A stretch of DNA of 64,000 nt. Origin: Trichodelitschia bisporula. Its lineage: Eukaryota. Positions within the stretch are counted from its first letter, which is position 1, and each line of letters starts with the position of its first letter. Made by a program: the position numbers and the translations under genes. This document shows, in pieces, positions 10,183 to 22,703 of this stretch. The stretch is taken from positions 371,224 to 435,223 of the forward strand of contig ML996694.1 in NCBI GenBank assembly GCA_010356995.1, in the 5' to 3' direction. The notes beneath the pieces were generated by a model. The model saw only the letters and a program-made list of their open reading frames with translations, made no database searches and had not been told where the DNA came from.

Positions 10183-12159
10183 ATGCCGAAACCTCGTCCC
10201 GCGAAAAGACGTCGCCTTACGCCGCCCGACTCAGAGGCCGATTCGGCGGCAAAGCGCCGCGCTGGCCCCAGCCTGAGCAATCCAACGTGGGACCTCGAAG
10301 ATACGTACGCGCAGCGGCCGCGCAAGACCAAGGTCAAGGCTGCGAACAAGCTTCCGATCCGGACGGCGGAAGGATGGGTTGTGCCTGAGGCGCAAGAGGA
10401 GGTCGGTGAGCCTGAGGACGCGGCATACGCTCAGGCGGGGGCGGAGGCCGACGATGATGATATGGCGGATGCGCCTGAGCCGGAGCCGGAGCCGAAGCTG
10501 TCGAATCGCGAGCAGGTTATGCACGCGAAGGAGGAGCTGGCTAGACTGGCTGGTCTTATCAACGAGGATCCTGAAGAGCATGCACCGGCTCTGAAGGCGC
10601 TCGCGCATGTGGCTGCTTCGCCCAACGTTGCGGTCAAGAAGTTGGCTATGGCTACACAGTGCGCTGTGTACAAGGACATCATCCCCGGCTATAGGATACG
10701 GCCAATTGGAGAAGACGACATGGGATCCAAAATCTCGAAAGAGGTGCGGAAGTTGAGGCAGTATGAGCAGGGGCTCGTCGGTGGGTACCAGGACTACATT
10801 CGGGAGCTGGAGAAGCTTGCTAGGGGAGGCAGAGATCGCAGCCCGGAAGCTGAATCACTCGTCTCTGCTGCCATTGCATGCGCTTGCAATCTGCTTCTCG
10901 CCGTACCGCACTTCAACTTCCGTGGCGACCTCCTCAAGATTCTCGTCAATAAGCTCAGCACCAAGAAACTGGACAACGACTACACAAAGTGCATTCAGAC
11001 TCTCGAGAAACTCTTCGAGAACGACGATGATGGCCGACCTTCGCTCGACGCGGTGACGATGCTTACGAAGATGATTAAGGGAAAGCACTTCCAAGTACAC
11101 GAGAGCACTATCAACACCTTCCTTCATCTACGCCTCCTTACGGAATTCAACCATAAGGGCTCCGACCGAAGGATCGACAAGGACACCAGCGACGGACCCA
11201 AACCGAAGCAGAAGCGCGTCTACCGCTCCAAGAAGGAGCGCAAAATGGCTAAAGAACGCAAGGAGGTAGAGAACGTGATGAAAGAAGCCGATGCCGTTGT
11301 CACGCATGAAGAGCGCGACAAGATGCAAGCCGAGACCCTCAAGCTCGTCTTCGCGCTCTATTTCCGCATCCTCAAAGCCCGCACCCCACACCTCATGGGC
11401 GCCGTTCTGGAGGGCCTGGCCCGCTACGCGCATCTCATCAACCAGGATTTCTTCGGCGATCTCCTCGAGGCGCTCAAGGACCTAATCCGCGACGCGGAAG
11501 AGGACGAAGAAGAAGAGCAAGACGAGCAGCAAGTCCGCAACATCACGCGCGAGCAGCTCCTCTGTGTCGTCACCGCCTTCGCCCTCCTCCAAGGGCAAGA
11601 AGCAAGCAAGGCCGCTTCAACTCTCCACCTCGACCTCGACTTCTTCATCGGCCACCTGTATCGCACACTGCACGGCGCGGCCATGAACGCCGACATTGAG
11701 CTCGGCGCCAAGTCGCTGCGGCTCCCGGACCCGCTCGCCACCGAGGCGCCCTCGGCCGCCGTCTCTAAGGTCAACGCGCAGACGACAGTGGTGCTGCTGC
11801 TGCGCAGCCTGACCGCGGTGCTCGTTCCTCCTATTGCCGCCCGCGCTGTGCCCCCCGTGCGCGTCGCTGCGTTCACGAAGCAGCTCCTCTCGGCGGCACT
11901 GCAGCTGCCGGAGAAGAGCGCGACGGCAGTGCTAGCGCTACTCGGACGCGTGGCGAAGGTACAGGGGAAGAAAGTGGCGGGCTTGTGGAATACGGAGGAG
12001 AGACGCGGGGATGGCGTGTTTGACCCACTGAGGGGGGAGTTGGAGTCCAGTAACCCGTTCGCAAGCACTGCGTGGGAGGGCGAGCTTTTGCGCCTGCATT
12101 ACTGCCCCAAAGTCAGGGAGGCGGCGGCGTTGGTGGAGAAAACGATCAAGGAAGTTTAG
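10183..12159 (+). CDS. NOC3: Nucleolar complex-associated protein 3 (NOC3p + CBF domains)
   Basis: KLPIRTAEG; VYKDIIPGYRIRP; AVPHFNFR; LEGLARYAHLINQDFFGDLL; SNPFASTAWEGELLRLHYCP. Confidence 0.96.
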   Translation: MPKPRPAKRRRLTPPDSEADSAAKRRAGPSLSNPTWDLEDTYAQRPRKTKVKAANKLPIRTAEGWVVPEAQEEVGEPEDAAYAQAGAEADDDDMADAPEPEPEPKLSNREQVMHAKEELARLAGLINEDPEEHAPALKALAHVAASPNVAVKKLAMATQCAVYKDIIPGYRIRPIGEDDMGSKISKEVRKLRQYEQGLVGGYQDYIRELEKLARGGRDRSPEAESLVSAAIACACNLLLAVPHFNFRGDLLKILVNKLSTKKLDNDYTKCIQTLEKLFENDDDGRPSLDAVTMLTKMIKGKHFQVHESTINTFLHLRLLTEFNHKGSDRRIDKDTSDGPKPKQKRVYRSKKERKMAKERKEVENVMKEADAVVTHEERDKMQAETLKLVFALYFRILKARTPHLMGAVLEGLARYAHLINQDFFGDLLEALKDLIRDAEEDEEEEQDEQQVRNITREQLLCVVTAFALLQGQEASKAASTLHLDLDFFIGHLYRTLHGAAMNADIELGAKSLRLPDPLATEAPSAAVSKVNAQTTVVLLLRSLTAVLVPPIAARAVPPVRVAAFTKQLLSAALQLPEKSATAVLALLGRVAKVQGKKVAGLWNTEERRGDGVFDPLRGELESSNPFASTAWEGELLRLHYCPKVREAAALVEKTIKEV

Positions 12160-15048
12160 CGGCGGAGAGATGGGCTGGGGACGGGTGGCTGGTTAGTGTG
12201 GGGGAGTGGTAGACAGTCAATGTGGTACAAGTCCCGTCTGCGCATTTCACGTGTCATACTTCGCTGCGCGGGACCAGAGTTTGCAAGAGTCGACGGGCTA
12301 GGAAGTTCTCGCACGAGAGACGTGGGATGCTCGTATCAGCGGCTTTGGCGGGTGCAACGTACGACGGAGGGGGTTTAATAACCCGGGTTCGTGGTCGATT
12401 CAAGGATGGCGTGGGTTGCGCAACAGGGATGAACGATTGAACAGCGTTGGTTCGGAGGGTTACAGGCGCGGCAAGCTGAACTGCGGCTGGGAAACGTAGA
12501 GCGACGCACAGGTGTCTGGTTCGCGGTTGCTGGACACAGCCTCGGGGCACGAAGGGGCCTGTCGTGCTGGTGAGCTTACACATGAGCAGTCTGAGGGGTG
12601 GTGTGACGAAGGCTGTCATTGTTGGTAGTAGAAAAGAGTTGGAGGCGTTTTGAAGGGAGTGGTCGACTGGGAGTGTCCTCTTGATGTCGCCAGAGAATGT
12701 GCGATTTTAGATAATTCGTTAAGCTCGACAGCTGCTCCAACGCTGAAATGAAGTACGGGTATTTGACTGGAAGTCAGTCGACGGCTTGTCTGGCGTGGCA
12801 ACCGTACGTCAGGCGTTCCTAGATATGCCGTGCACCGAGATCTGCATCGGCATGCTGTGACAGATCCATCAGTGGCGGTGAAGGATATACTAGATGCAAA
12901 AGAGGATGGTGAATGCGGGCAGTTTGGGAGGTGTGGTGTTTTAGCAGCAGAAGAAGATGCGGAGACAGGCTCTCAATGTCCAGTGAAGGTTCGAAACTAG
13001 ACGGAAAATACATCTACAGCTAACAGGCTGGACTCTTTGATGAAGAGCTCAAGAGTTGAGGAGAGCTCGAGGCCGGGCTAGCGGATGAAGCAACGTCGTG
13101 ATAAGCATCCACGCCGAAGGCCAGAGAAGCATTACAGAGTATGGAGCTAGTGGAGCATGCCATCCCATCAAGCCAGTAATCCAAGGCGAGGCTTCCTCTA
13201 CGCAAGCCGAAGGTGGCAGTTGATGATGTTTGTCAATTCCATTGAACAATGGCCGACCAAAGAGGTTCTGCTCATGGCCCGCGCATGCAGAGAGCTGTTG
13301 TGCTCTCCATTCAGCGGGATACCTAGCCGTGGGTAAGACAGATGAGTGGGATGGAAGATTCCGAGACCTCGGAGCTGGTAAATACCTCACGTACGACCAA
13401 TGTCCAATGCAGCGGAGGTAACTGAGAAGTTAGAGTTCATCAAATCGAGAAGATCAGAGGTAGCCAAGGACCAAGGACGTTGTCGGAGCCGTCCGAGATT
13501 CTGCACGAGCCTCAAACACCGGGATATAAGAGCACGTGACGGCCTATCACTCTGCAAGATGCGGGTACAGAAGAGAGTGAGGAGGTTAGCTGAGGGTGGT
13601 GCAGCATGCATTCAATCTGCATCTCGTCGTTGGAGCACGGCGCGGCTGTGCTCGCGACGGAAGCCCATTGGGAGCATCCGGACATGCAGAGTATGCACTT
13701 TGTACAATCGGATAGCTCTGAAAGCCACCTCTTTTGAAGGCGTTTAAGCTGCGTCGAGACTCGCCAATTTGAGCCTTGAAGTGGGCCGGAAAGACGAGGA
13801 CCGACCAGACGGGACGTCATTCATATCTTGTGGTGTTTGCAAGGAGGCGTGGGATGGAAGCTGGACTGATATGAACACGTGCGGGCTGGGGTGAACTCGG
13901 ACCTAACCTCCTTGAGACCCTTGACTACACCCCACACAACCCCAAAGTCACCCACTTCACTGCGCGCAAACAAACCCACATATGAAAATGAAAGATGAGA
14001 AGTGGGGTAAAGATGGGGATGCGAATCAAAAGTAACGCATGAGCTTACGCGGAAAAGCAGGAAGCGACGCATAGGACGGTGGATGAGAAGCGAAGCGGCA
14101 GAGAGTTGAGCGGCGAAGTCAGAGAGCAGCAGCGGTAGCCGCATGTCTGGCCCCGAATGCAGGATTCCCTTTCCTCGTTGGGCAAAGTCATACCGCCATG
14201 GGTCGGCAATTGGAGGAAGGGGGGCAAAGAGGCACGAACAGCCAAACCCCCCATCCACGCCTTTTCTTCGCTCCCGCGCCCAGGACAGTTCCGGCATATG
14301 GCTTGCAGCTGTATTGCATGGAAGATGGGGCATGGCATATTTGAATGCCTCATAATCTAATGCCTGCAGCAGCAGTAAGGACGAAAGAAAACGGCGTGGG
14401 GTAAGTGGGTATGTATGCCAATATACCTCCGCTCTCTCTCATGTCCTGTAGTACTATGGACGACTCACAAGCACGCGCGGGGTACCGAATGCTACTGCCC
14501 TCTGTATTGAAGGAAAGAGGCTGCATTGCGCTCAACTTCTAACAGGCTCGTAAGCCCTTTCCTCACTCCGTCCAAAGACGTCTATCCCGCCCCTTCCCTG
14601 CTTCTTCTTCTCCACCCCCCGGACTTTGAGGAAGGTTTACCCCACGATCACTGTCGGTCTCATCCAAGGTAGGTGCGATGGGCCGCAGCCCATGGCATGA
14701 GCGGCGGGATGAGCGTCGCGTCTTTTGTCCGAATACTGTCTGGCACCATGATAGGATACGATTCTTGGCTAGTCGTCCCAATCCACCACACCACCCCCTC
14801 ACCTATCCAACCCCTAGTTCATCGCACCAGTTCTCTCCACCGCCGATGATCGATAGATAAGCTTCAAAGCAGCAGCTATCCCCATAAGGTCGACTTCATC
14901 CCTTCACCCTTCGCTATCGCCACCCCGCATTCACCGCCGGGGATCGGAGATGCGAATCTGCTCCACGACCATATATGTATTGTCAGCCCCTACCTCTCCT
15001 CAGTGACGACTTGCAGGCCGACATCCACCTCTCTGACTCCCCGATAGC

Positions 15049-16529
15049 ATGGCCTTGCTAATTCTGCTTGCCTTGGGCGGGCTCTTTGTTGCTTCATGGA
15101 CCCTCTTTCTCATCAGCAAATCTCACAAGCAAGTGCTCATGCGTCGTCTACGCCTCCCGAGGCGTCGAAACTCGGGTGCCAACACTCCTCCTCGGAAACT
15201 GTCACTGACCCCGACGATCAAGCTGGCAGCTTCCGACCCCAACTACCGAGAAGTCTTTCCACCTTCTCGCCGCCACATCTTAACCAGCGAGCCGCACGAT
15301 GACAGTAAGATCCTGCTTCGGGCACTTCCGATGACAAAGCCGTTTGATCAGGCCGATGGGAGCGAGTACACTCCAACGGGCTTCACCGTCAACGAGATCC
15401 GCGGGATGGGCAACTTTCCGGATTACGCTAAATTGAGCGGCGTACCGCTGCCACAACCGTACTGGGAGTTCGACATGAAGAAGGCGTTACCGCGGCCGTA
15501 TCGTCCATTCCGCTGGGCCTACCATCAGACCATGGCGCTCAAGAAGTTGGAGCCGGACTGGTGGATTGAGCTGGAGAACACATACGTCGAGCGCATCAGG
15601 CAGCGGCAAGCTTTACTTGCCCAGTATGGCGAGCTCGTCTTGAACTATCTTCCCGGTTCCGAGCTGGCGTGCCGAGAGCTCATGGAGATGGCGCTACAGT
15701 TCCTGGTTGCGCGATATCCGCACTACTTCGAGTTGGATGTCAAGGCCATGAAGTTCCGCAACAAGATCTTGAATACAACCTCTGATCTAAATGTCGAACA
15801 TCCTCTCGTGGTGATGACCAACAACGTGCCCGAGGACTTTGCCATCATGCTTCGCGATCCGGAGACCGGACTTTATCATTTCCGCGCCGGTGCCATTTGC
15901 TCCGCGCTCGGATGGAATATTGGGACTAAGCTCGGCATGACACTCGGAGAGATTCACCAGCCCATTCCAGACTACAAGGAGAAGATGCAGTTTTCCATGG
16001 ATCGGTAAGGCCTCTTCCGACATATCAGTTCGCGCTAACTCCAAACAGCTATTTTGCCAAGAAACCGACAGACAAGGCCATCCAGCGAGGCTCATGGGGC
16101 TTCGAGGTTGACCAGCCGCTATTCATGCCGCCCGGCGATCCACACGAGAAGCACCGCGATGTCCAAGACGAGAATCTGGATCCGTCCCGTGTGCACCTCC
16201 GTGTGGACTGGCAAACGCTGCGGCGCCTGCCACTCTCTGGCGCCGTGGTCTTCAACTTCAAGGCACTCTTTACGCCTTTGGAATACATCCACGACGAGCC
16301 ATACGTGCCGTCGTTGGTGCTGAAAGTGTTACGCGAAGGAAGCCGCGAGATCATGAAGTACAAAAATACATGGCATACGGAGCACAGAGCGATCCCCATG
16401 TTGGAGAGTTTCGATCGTGAGCAGCGGGCCCGGGGGATCGTGGAGCGTGACTGGGAGGCGCATACGTTGGATGAGTCGCCGTTTTATCCAGGCTGGGAGG
16501 CGAAGTGGCATCGAGACCAGGGGTTTTAG
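15049..16529 (+). CDS. DUF3445 / heme-dependent oxidative N-demethylase alpha-subunit-like protein with N-terminal TM segment. Intron 16005-16048
   Basis: PRPYRPFRWAYHQTM, EPDWWIELE, PEDFAIM, GWNIGTKLGMTLGEIHQPIPDY, QRGSWG, RVDWQTLRRLPLSGAVVF are typical of fungal DUF3445 proteins. Confidence 0.85.
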
Positions 16530-17360
16530 GTGAGGTTGCGGCGGTGTGTATGGGATGGTTGTTGCATATTTTTATCAGGCTGGCTTTCGTCTCTTTTTGG
16601 GTGGCATTTATGTGCGCTTTTGGTGTCCACACAAAGTCTCACTAGCGCCGAATACTGCGCTAACGAAGGATTTAACGAAGAGAAGGGGTTTGGTTCATAG
16701 GCCGCGTTGATGGTTCCATCTCGGAGTCACATGAGATACTCCGATCTAGGGCGTATCCAGTAGCGCCATCCCAATGCGCAATGAGAATATCCTGTTGCCA
16801 CTTCCTTACACAACAACGTGAGGTAGCAAGTATGTGCGGCACGGTACGTACTTAGCAGCATCATCGCACATGGGAACGAGCCCGGGCCGGGAACGTCGGC
16901 ATCACTCCCTGCCGGGTGGGGTAGCTCGCTCAACTGGGCGCCGCTCCTTGGCATGAGGCTGTACTACCGTACGTACCCCTCCCCCGCAATACGGGGAAGC
17001 AAGTGGCGGGACCGGGGAACCACGGCACTTTCCGCTTGTTTTCTCCTGGAAGCTTGATGGTGAGCGCATCTTGTACCATGGCGATCGCGCACATGAACGA
17101 ATCAGCCGCGCGGTTTTGGTGGGAGCCAATGGGGCCCGGTCATGATGGGACCGAGGTGGACGCGTGTGGCGGGGGCATTGACCGCGGTGGTGGGATATGC
17201 AATTCCTGGTGCTGGGGGTGGAAGCGGGGATTGGGATCGGGGTTGGATATATTTGATGACGGTGGGAGGGCTGGGTTGCTCGGTTCTCAGGACTCGAGCT
17301 TGAGGACTTGAATTTTGTTCCTAATATTATACGTTGAGTCTAAAATTTGATATCAATACA

Positions 17361-19251
17361 ATGGCTGGCGACAAGCCCTGGCCTCAGGTCACCAATGCGG
17401 ATTACACCAAGGCAGCGGTGGTGATTATCGGGGGCGGAGTTTCTGGTATGAAGGGCTTTGCATTTACAGAGGTCTTGGGCAAGCTAACGCGATGGAGGTA
17501 TCTGCACGGCCATCGACTTGATCAAGCGGAACAACTGTCGCAACTTCATCATCCTCGAGAAGAGCGCTAGCTTCGGCGGCACGTGGTACGACAACAAGTA
17601 CCCGGGATGCTGCTGCGACGTCTGGAGTCTGCTGTACAGCTTCTCGTTTGAGCAGAATGCGGACTGGAGCCGGGAGTACTCGGGTCAGGAGGAGATTCTT
17701 GTACAGCGCATCCCACTTCCCTTACTGGCCTGGCTAATGAGCGTAGGAGTATCTCCGTGGCGTGGCGCAGAAATACGATCTCTACCGGCACGTGCGGTTC
17801 AACAGCGAAGTCAAAGCGTGCCGTTGGGACGAGGGGAGCAAGAAATGGGAGGTGCATGTGCAGGTCAACGGCGGGAAGGACGCCGAGTTCAGCCCCGGCT
17901 ACACCATCGAGTCGGATTTCCTCGTCTCGGCTGTCGGGCAGCTGAACTACCCCCGCTATCCTGAGATTGCCGGGTTGGACAACTTCAAGGGGAAGATGAT
18001 GCACTCGGCGCGGTGGGATTGGAGCTACGATCTGAAGGGAAAGCGGATCGGGATTATCGGGAACGGTGAGTAGAAAATAGAGGAAGGAGTACGCACCCAG
18101 ACTCTAAGCTGATGGACCTAGGTGCCACCGCTGCGCAAATCATCCCCGAAGTCGTCAAGGTGGCGTCGCACGTCACTGTCTTCCAGCGCACACCCAATTG
18201 GGTGGTGACCCGCGGCGACGCGCCCGTATCGGCCTTCTGGCGCGCTGCATATCGGTACCTGCCACCGCTCCGGTGGCGCCGACGCGCCGGCATGATGGAC
18301 TTCCGCGAGGCGTGGTGGGACATTGTCGGGCGGCCGGACTCGGAGTACTCGGCCATGGCGAAGCAGATGACGGAGGCGCAGCTGCTAGCCGCGTTTCCGG
18401 ACGATCCAGCTATGCGCGAAAAATTAATGCCCAACTACGATCCGGGATGTAAGCGGATCATCCTGTCGGATGATTACATTCCCGCGCTCGCGCGGTCAAA
18501 TTGTTCGCTTGAAACGCGGAAAATTGAGCGGATTACCGAGAAGGGGATCAAGGTTGAGGGTGGTGATGAGGAGGAATTCGATCTCATTGTCCTCGCCACC
18601 GGATTCCGCACTGTTGAGTTCATGCACCCGATTGTCGTGACCGGCGCTGGCGGTCGCTCCTTAAAGGATATCTGGCAGGGCGGGGCACGCGCGCTATATG
18701 GCACCGTGGTCGAGGACATGCCGAACTTCGGGATGCTGTACGGGCCGAACACGAATCTGGGACACAACAGCATCATCCTGATGATCGAGGCGCAAAGCCG
18801 ATACATCAACGCCATGATTGGAGCGGTGCTGGCGGCTCGGCGGCGTGGCGGGAGTTTGGCCGTGTCTCCGCGGAGGGAGCGCGTCGAGGTGTTTAACGCG
18901 GAGCTTCAGAAGGATCTGGCGAACAGTGCCTTTGCGGATCCGCGATGCAATTCGTGGTACAAGACGCGCGAGGGCCGGATTACGAACAACTGGAGCAGCA
19001 CTGTGGTTGAATACCAGAAGGTGCTGGACCGGGTACGCTGGGTGGAGGACTACGAGATCGGTGGGGATGCGGAGGAGGTGGTGCGGGCGCTGAAGAGGAA
19101 GAAGGAGAGTCGCCTTGGCCGGGTGGTGGAGGAGAGTCGTATTCCGAGCGCGGGGTTGGTGACGGCGGTGGGCGTGCTGGGTACCGTGGCTGCGGTAGGG
19201 GGCTTCGTGGCGAATAGGCACGAGGTGCTTTTTGGATTGCGGGTTCACTGA
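17361..19251 (+). CDS. Baeyer-Villiger-type flavin monooxygenase with C-terminal hydrophobic tail. Exons 17361-17445, 17498-17700, 17747-18065, 18122-19251
   Basis: Rossmann GGGVSG; BVMO fingerprints GGTWYDNKYPGCCCD and FKGKMMHSARWD; second GNGATAAQ motif; LATGF. Confidence 0.92.
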
Positions 19252-19912
19252 GCGGGTTTATGGTATGCGTGAAGTTGTGTGGGGGTTGCAGTGAGGGGTA
19301 CCGTGGATGGAGGCTGAGTTATGCTACCGGTTAAGCGCGAGAGACGGATGCGGCTGCCGGACATCCTGGGCCTAGTGGAGAGTGGCGGCGAGATCCAGAT
19401 CTTAAGTGTGCTTTCTCTTGCGCTTGGCGGGGATGTCTGTATGGCTGTTCGCATGGTGTTGATAATGGACGGGTATGCGGGAGCGGTATCCGCAATGGAT
19501 GCCGAGGTACATTTCACGGTTGTACATATCAAAGGGTTTCCAATGTAGTGAAGACGTCGCAAACATGTTGTTGATTGCTGTTTTGGGTGTCTTCATTCCT
19601 CTTTCTCTCTGCCGGTTTCAGTGTCAGCATGGCTTCAAAACGCGTGATTGCGACGCTAACAGCCACTTTGCTGCGTCATGACTGCAGGTACTGACCACGT
19701 TACGCGTTGGGCAGCATGTATGGGAGCCCGCCGGCGTCGTCTCTCGGTGCATATGTACTTCGTAGATGGTCGTAGATTATCTGTCGTGTCGATGTTGTGT
19801 TGTGAATGGAGTGCAATGCAGCAAAAGGAAGCTGCGCCAATATCGTCCAAATTCTTCAGGCGACAAAGGGCTGGTCAGGCATCAAATCAGGCCATTTAAC
19901 CGCCCAGTCTTC

Positions 19913-19987
19913 CCACTCCTCTCCACTCCACTCCACTCCACTCCTCTCCTCTCCTCTCCTCTCCTCTCCTCTCCTCTCCTCTCCTCT
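19913..19987. repeat. Pentanucleotide microsatellite (CTCCA)n/(CTCCT)n running into an assembly gap
   Basis: Directly visible tandem repeat. Confidence 0.95.
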
Positions 19988-20452
19988 NNNNNNNNNNNNN
20001 NNNNNNNNNNNNNNNNNNNNNNNNNNNNNNNNNNNNNNNNNNNNNNNNNNNNNNNNNNNNNNNNNNNNNNNNNNNNNNNNNNNNNNNNNNNNNNNNNNNN
20101 NNNNNNNNNNNNNNNNNNNNNNNNNNNNNNNNNNNNNNNNNNNNNNNNNNNNNNNNNNNNNNNNNNNNNNNNNNNNNNNNNNNNNNNNNNNNNNNNNNNN
20201 NNNNNNNNNNNNNNNNNNNNNNNNNNNNNNNNNNNNNNNNNNNNNNNNNNNNNNNNNNNNNNNNNNNNNNNNNNNNNNNNNNNNNNNNNNNNNNNNNNNN
20301 NNNNNNNNNNNNNNNNNNNNNNNNNNNNNNNNNNNNNNNNNNNNNNNNNNNNNNNNNNNNNNNNNNNNNNNNNNNNNNNNNNNNNNNNNNNNNNNNNNNN
20401 NNNNNNNNNNNNNNNNNNNNNNNNNNNNNNNNNNNNNNNNNNNNNNNNNNNN
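19988..20452. other. Assembly gap (N run)
   Basis: Run of N. Confidence 1.
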
Positions 20453-21108
20453 GCTCTCCCTACTACCAACTCTTGAGCAACTCGAAACAACACGATTGTC
20501 ACCACCAACCACCCCTCCTCCCTCTCCACCCATCATTCTTCCCACTAAACACCCTTCCTTATCATATCCAATCCCTCCCCAATTCACCCTCTCCTATGCG
20601 ACGCACACTCATCATTTACCTCTATTCACGGTCAATTGCTCTCACCCGCCCTTGCTCAACACCTCTCGGATTGACCTTCTCTGTGCTTGGGAGCCATTGA
20701 TTGCATTCTGCATTCCAATCGTCCCGCCGAGACAATTACACAACATCTGGATCATTGCGACGCCATCATTCATTCAAACCTACCTACCGACCAGATCGCT
20801 GCATCTAATAGCTCCATCCCCCGTCCTCTGCTCCGTCCTCTCCCGCTCCAAGCTTTCCCCTTCCCCCCAATCCTGTCCCGCCATTGATTCCACTCTTCGC
20901 GACGCCTCTCCGCCCCACACTTCTCAACCCAGTCTCGGCTGCCCGCAGCTTCCAATCCCCAGAGTACCGGCTGCGCTCTCGTCGTCGTCGTCAGAACACT
21001 CCCCTCTTTCCACCGACTATCCTCCCAAAAACGCCGCCCGTTAAGCATCCCTAAGCTTGGCTGGAGGATAGCTTGCACACATCACCTTTCACTCTCCCCC
21101 GCGCTGCG

Positions 21109-21154
<46 letters not shown>
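21109..21154 (+). repeat. Poly(C) tract (46 C) upstream of the PKA catalytic subunit start
   Basis: Directly visible homopolymer, 50 nt before ATG 21205. Confidence 0.95.
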
Positions 21155-21155
<1 letters not shown>

Positions 21156-21204
21156 CCGAGCGTCCCGGGCGTAACCAACACCACGCTCACCCCCGCTCGC
21201 CTTT

Positions 21205-22703
21205 ATGCGGTCGCTCGGGTTCCTGAAGAAGAAGCGGACGAAGGACTCGTCCGGTTCCAGAGACCTAGACGCCGCCACCACGCCGACGTCGCCAACAAGG
21301 GACAGTCCCGGGTCACTCACTACCACCACCTCCGCGAAGCAATCCGAATCCGCTCCCGCACAGCTGGAGCCTTCTGCCGACATGGCATCCGCGCAGACAC
21401 CTTATACTGGCGGTTCGGTCCAACAGCCGACGCAGCAGAATGTGCCTAGCATACAGAACCTACTGAACCATCCGACGAATCCCTACGCTTCTTCTGCCCC
21501 CGATGGTGCGCAGTCTTCTAACGGTACGCCTCTCGGCGGCGCAAAGGGCTCTAGCCCTGCTGTCCAACCTCCGGGCGACCAAGCCGTGCGCCAGACAAAG
21601 GGGAAGTACACTCTTACGGACTTCGCCATCCAGCGGACTCTCGGCACCGGCAGCTTCGGGCGCGTCCATCTGGTGCAGTCGAAGCACAACCATCGGTTCT
21701 ACGCCATCAAGGTCCTCAAGAAGGCGCAAGTGGTCAAGATGAAGCAGGTGGAGCACACCAATGACGAGCGCAAGATGCTGCAGCGCGTCAAGCACCCCTT
21801 CCTCATCACTCTGTGGGGCACATTTCAGGATTCCAAGAATTTATACATGGTCATGGACTTCATCGAGGGCGGTGAGCTCTTTAGCTTGCTGCGCAAGTCG
21901 CAGGTGCGTTTCGCAGAATTGGTCTCGTAATTGACATTGACGTCATACCAGCGCTTCCCCAATCCGGTCGCCAAGTTCTACGCCGCCGAGGTTACGCTGG
22001 CGCTAGATTACCTCCATTCGATGAATATCATATATCGAGACTTGAAGCCGGAGAATCTGCTACTCGACCGGCACGGCCATCTGAAGATTACCGACTTTGG
22101 CTTTGCTAAAGAAGTGCCGGATATCACATGGACTCTGTGTGGCACGCCGGACTATCTGGCCCCGGAAGTCGTGGCTTCCAAGGGCTACAACAAGTCCGTG
22201 GACTGGTGAGTTGATCAGATGAAAATCGCGAATCAATACTGACGTCATTAGGTGGTCTCTCGGCATTCTCATCTTCGAGATGCTGTGTGGCTTCACTCCC
22301 TTCTGGGATGGCGGATCGCCCATGAAGATCTATGAGAACATTCTCAAGGGTCGTGTCAAGTACCCTCCCTACATCGTCCCTGACGCACAAGACCTTCTCA
22401 CCAAGCTCATCACCTCCGATCTTTCAAAACGATTGGGCAATCTCCATGGCGGCTCAAAGGACGTAATGGACCATCCATGGTTCGCTGAGGTCACGTGGGA
22501 TCGCCTGCTCCGCAAGGATATCGATGCGCCTTACGTTCCGCCTGTGCGCGCCGGCGTCGGTGATGCGAGCCAGTTCGACAAGTACCCTGAGGAGGTAGAT
22601 GCGTACGGCCAGACTGGCGACGACCCGTAGGTTTTCTCGCATGCGCTCATTAGAGGGTCGACTAACCGCTCTTAGCTACGCGAAGCTGTTCACCGAATTT
22701 TAA
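21205..22703 (+). CDS. PKAC1: cAMP-dependent protein kinase catalytic subunit. Exons 21205-21903, 21952-22205, 22252-22626, 22676-22703
   Basis: [58 protein letters not shown]-terminal FTEF. Confidence 0.97.

Noticed and set aside
10231..12068. Antisense ORFs over NOC3 (and similar ones over KGD1, BVMO, MFS and VPS13)
   Set aside because: Shadow frames caused by high-GC codon usage of the real genes.
12160..15048. Short ORFs and intron-like signals on the minus strand between NOC3 and the DUF3445 gene
   Set aside because: Could not assemble a coherent reading frame or recognise a family or transposon. It may be a relic, but this is unsupported.
19766..21044. Long ORFs spanning the N run
   Set aside because: Artefacts of the assembly gap and microsatellite.
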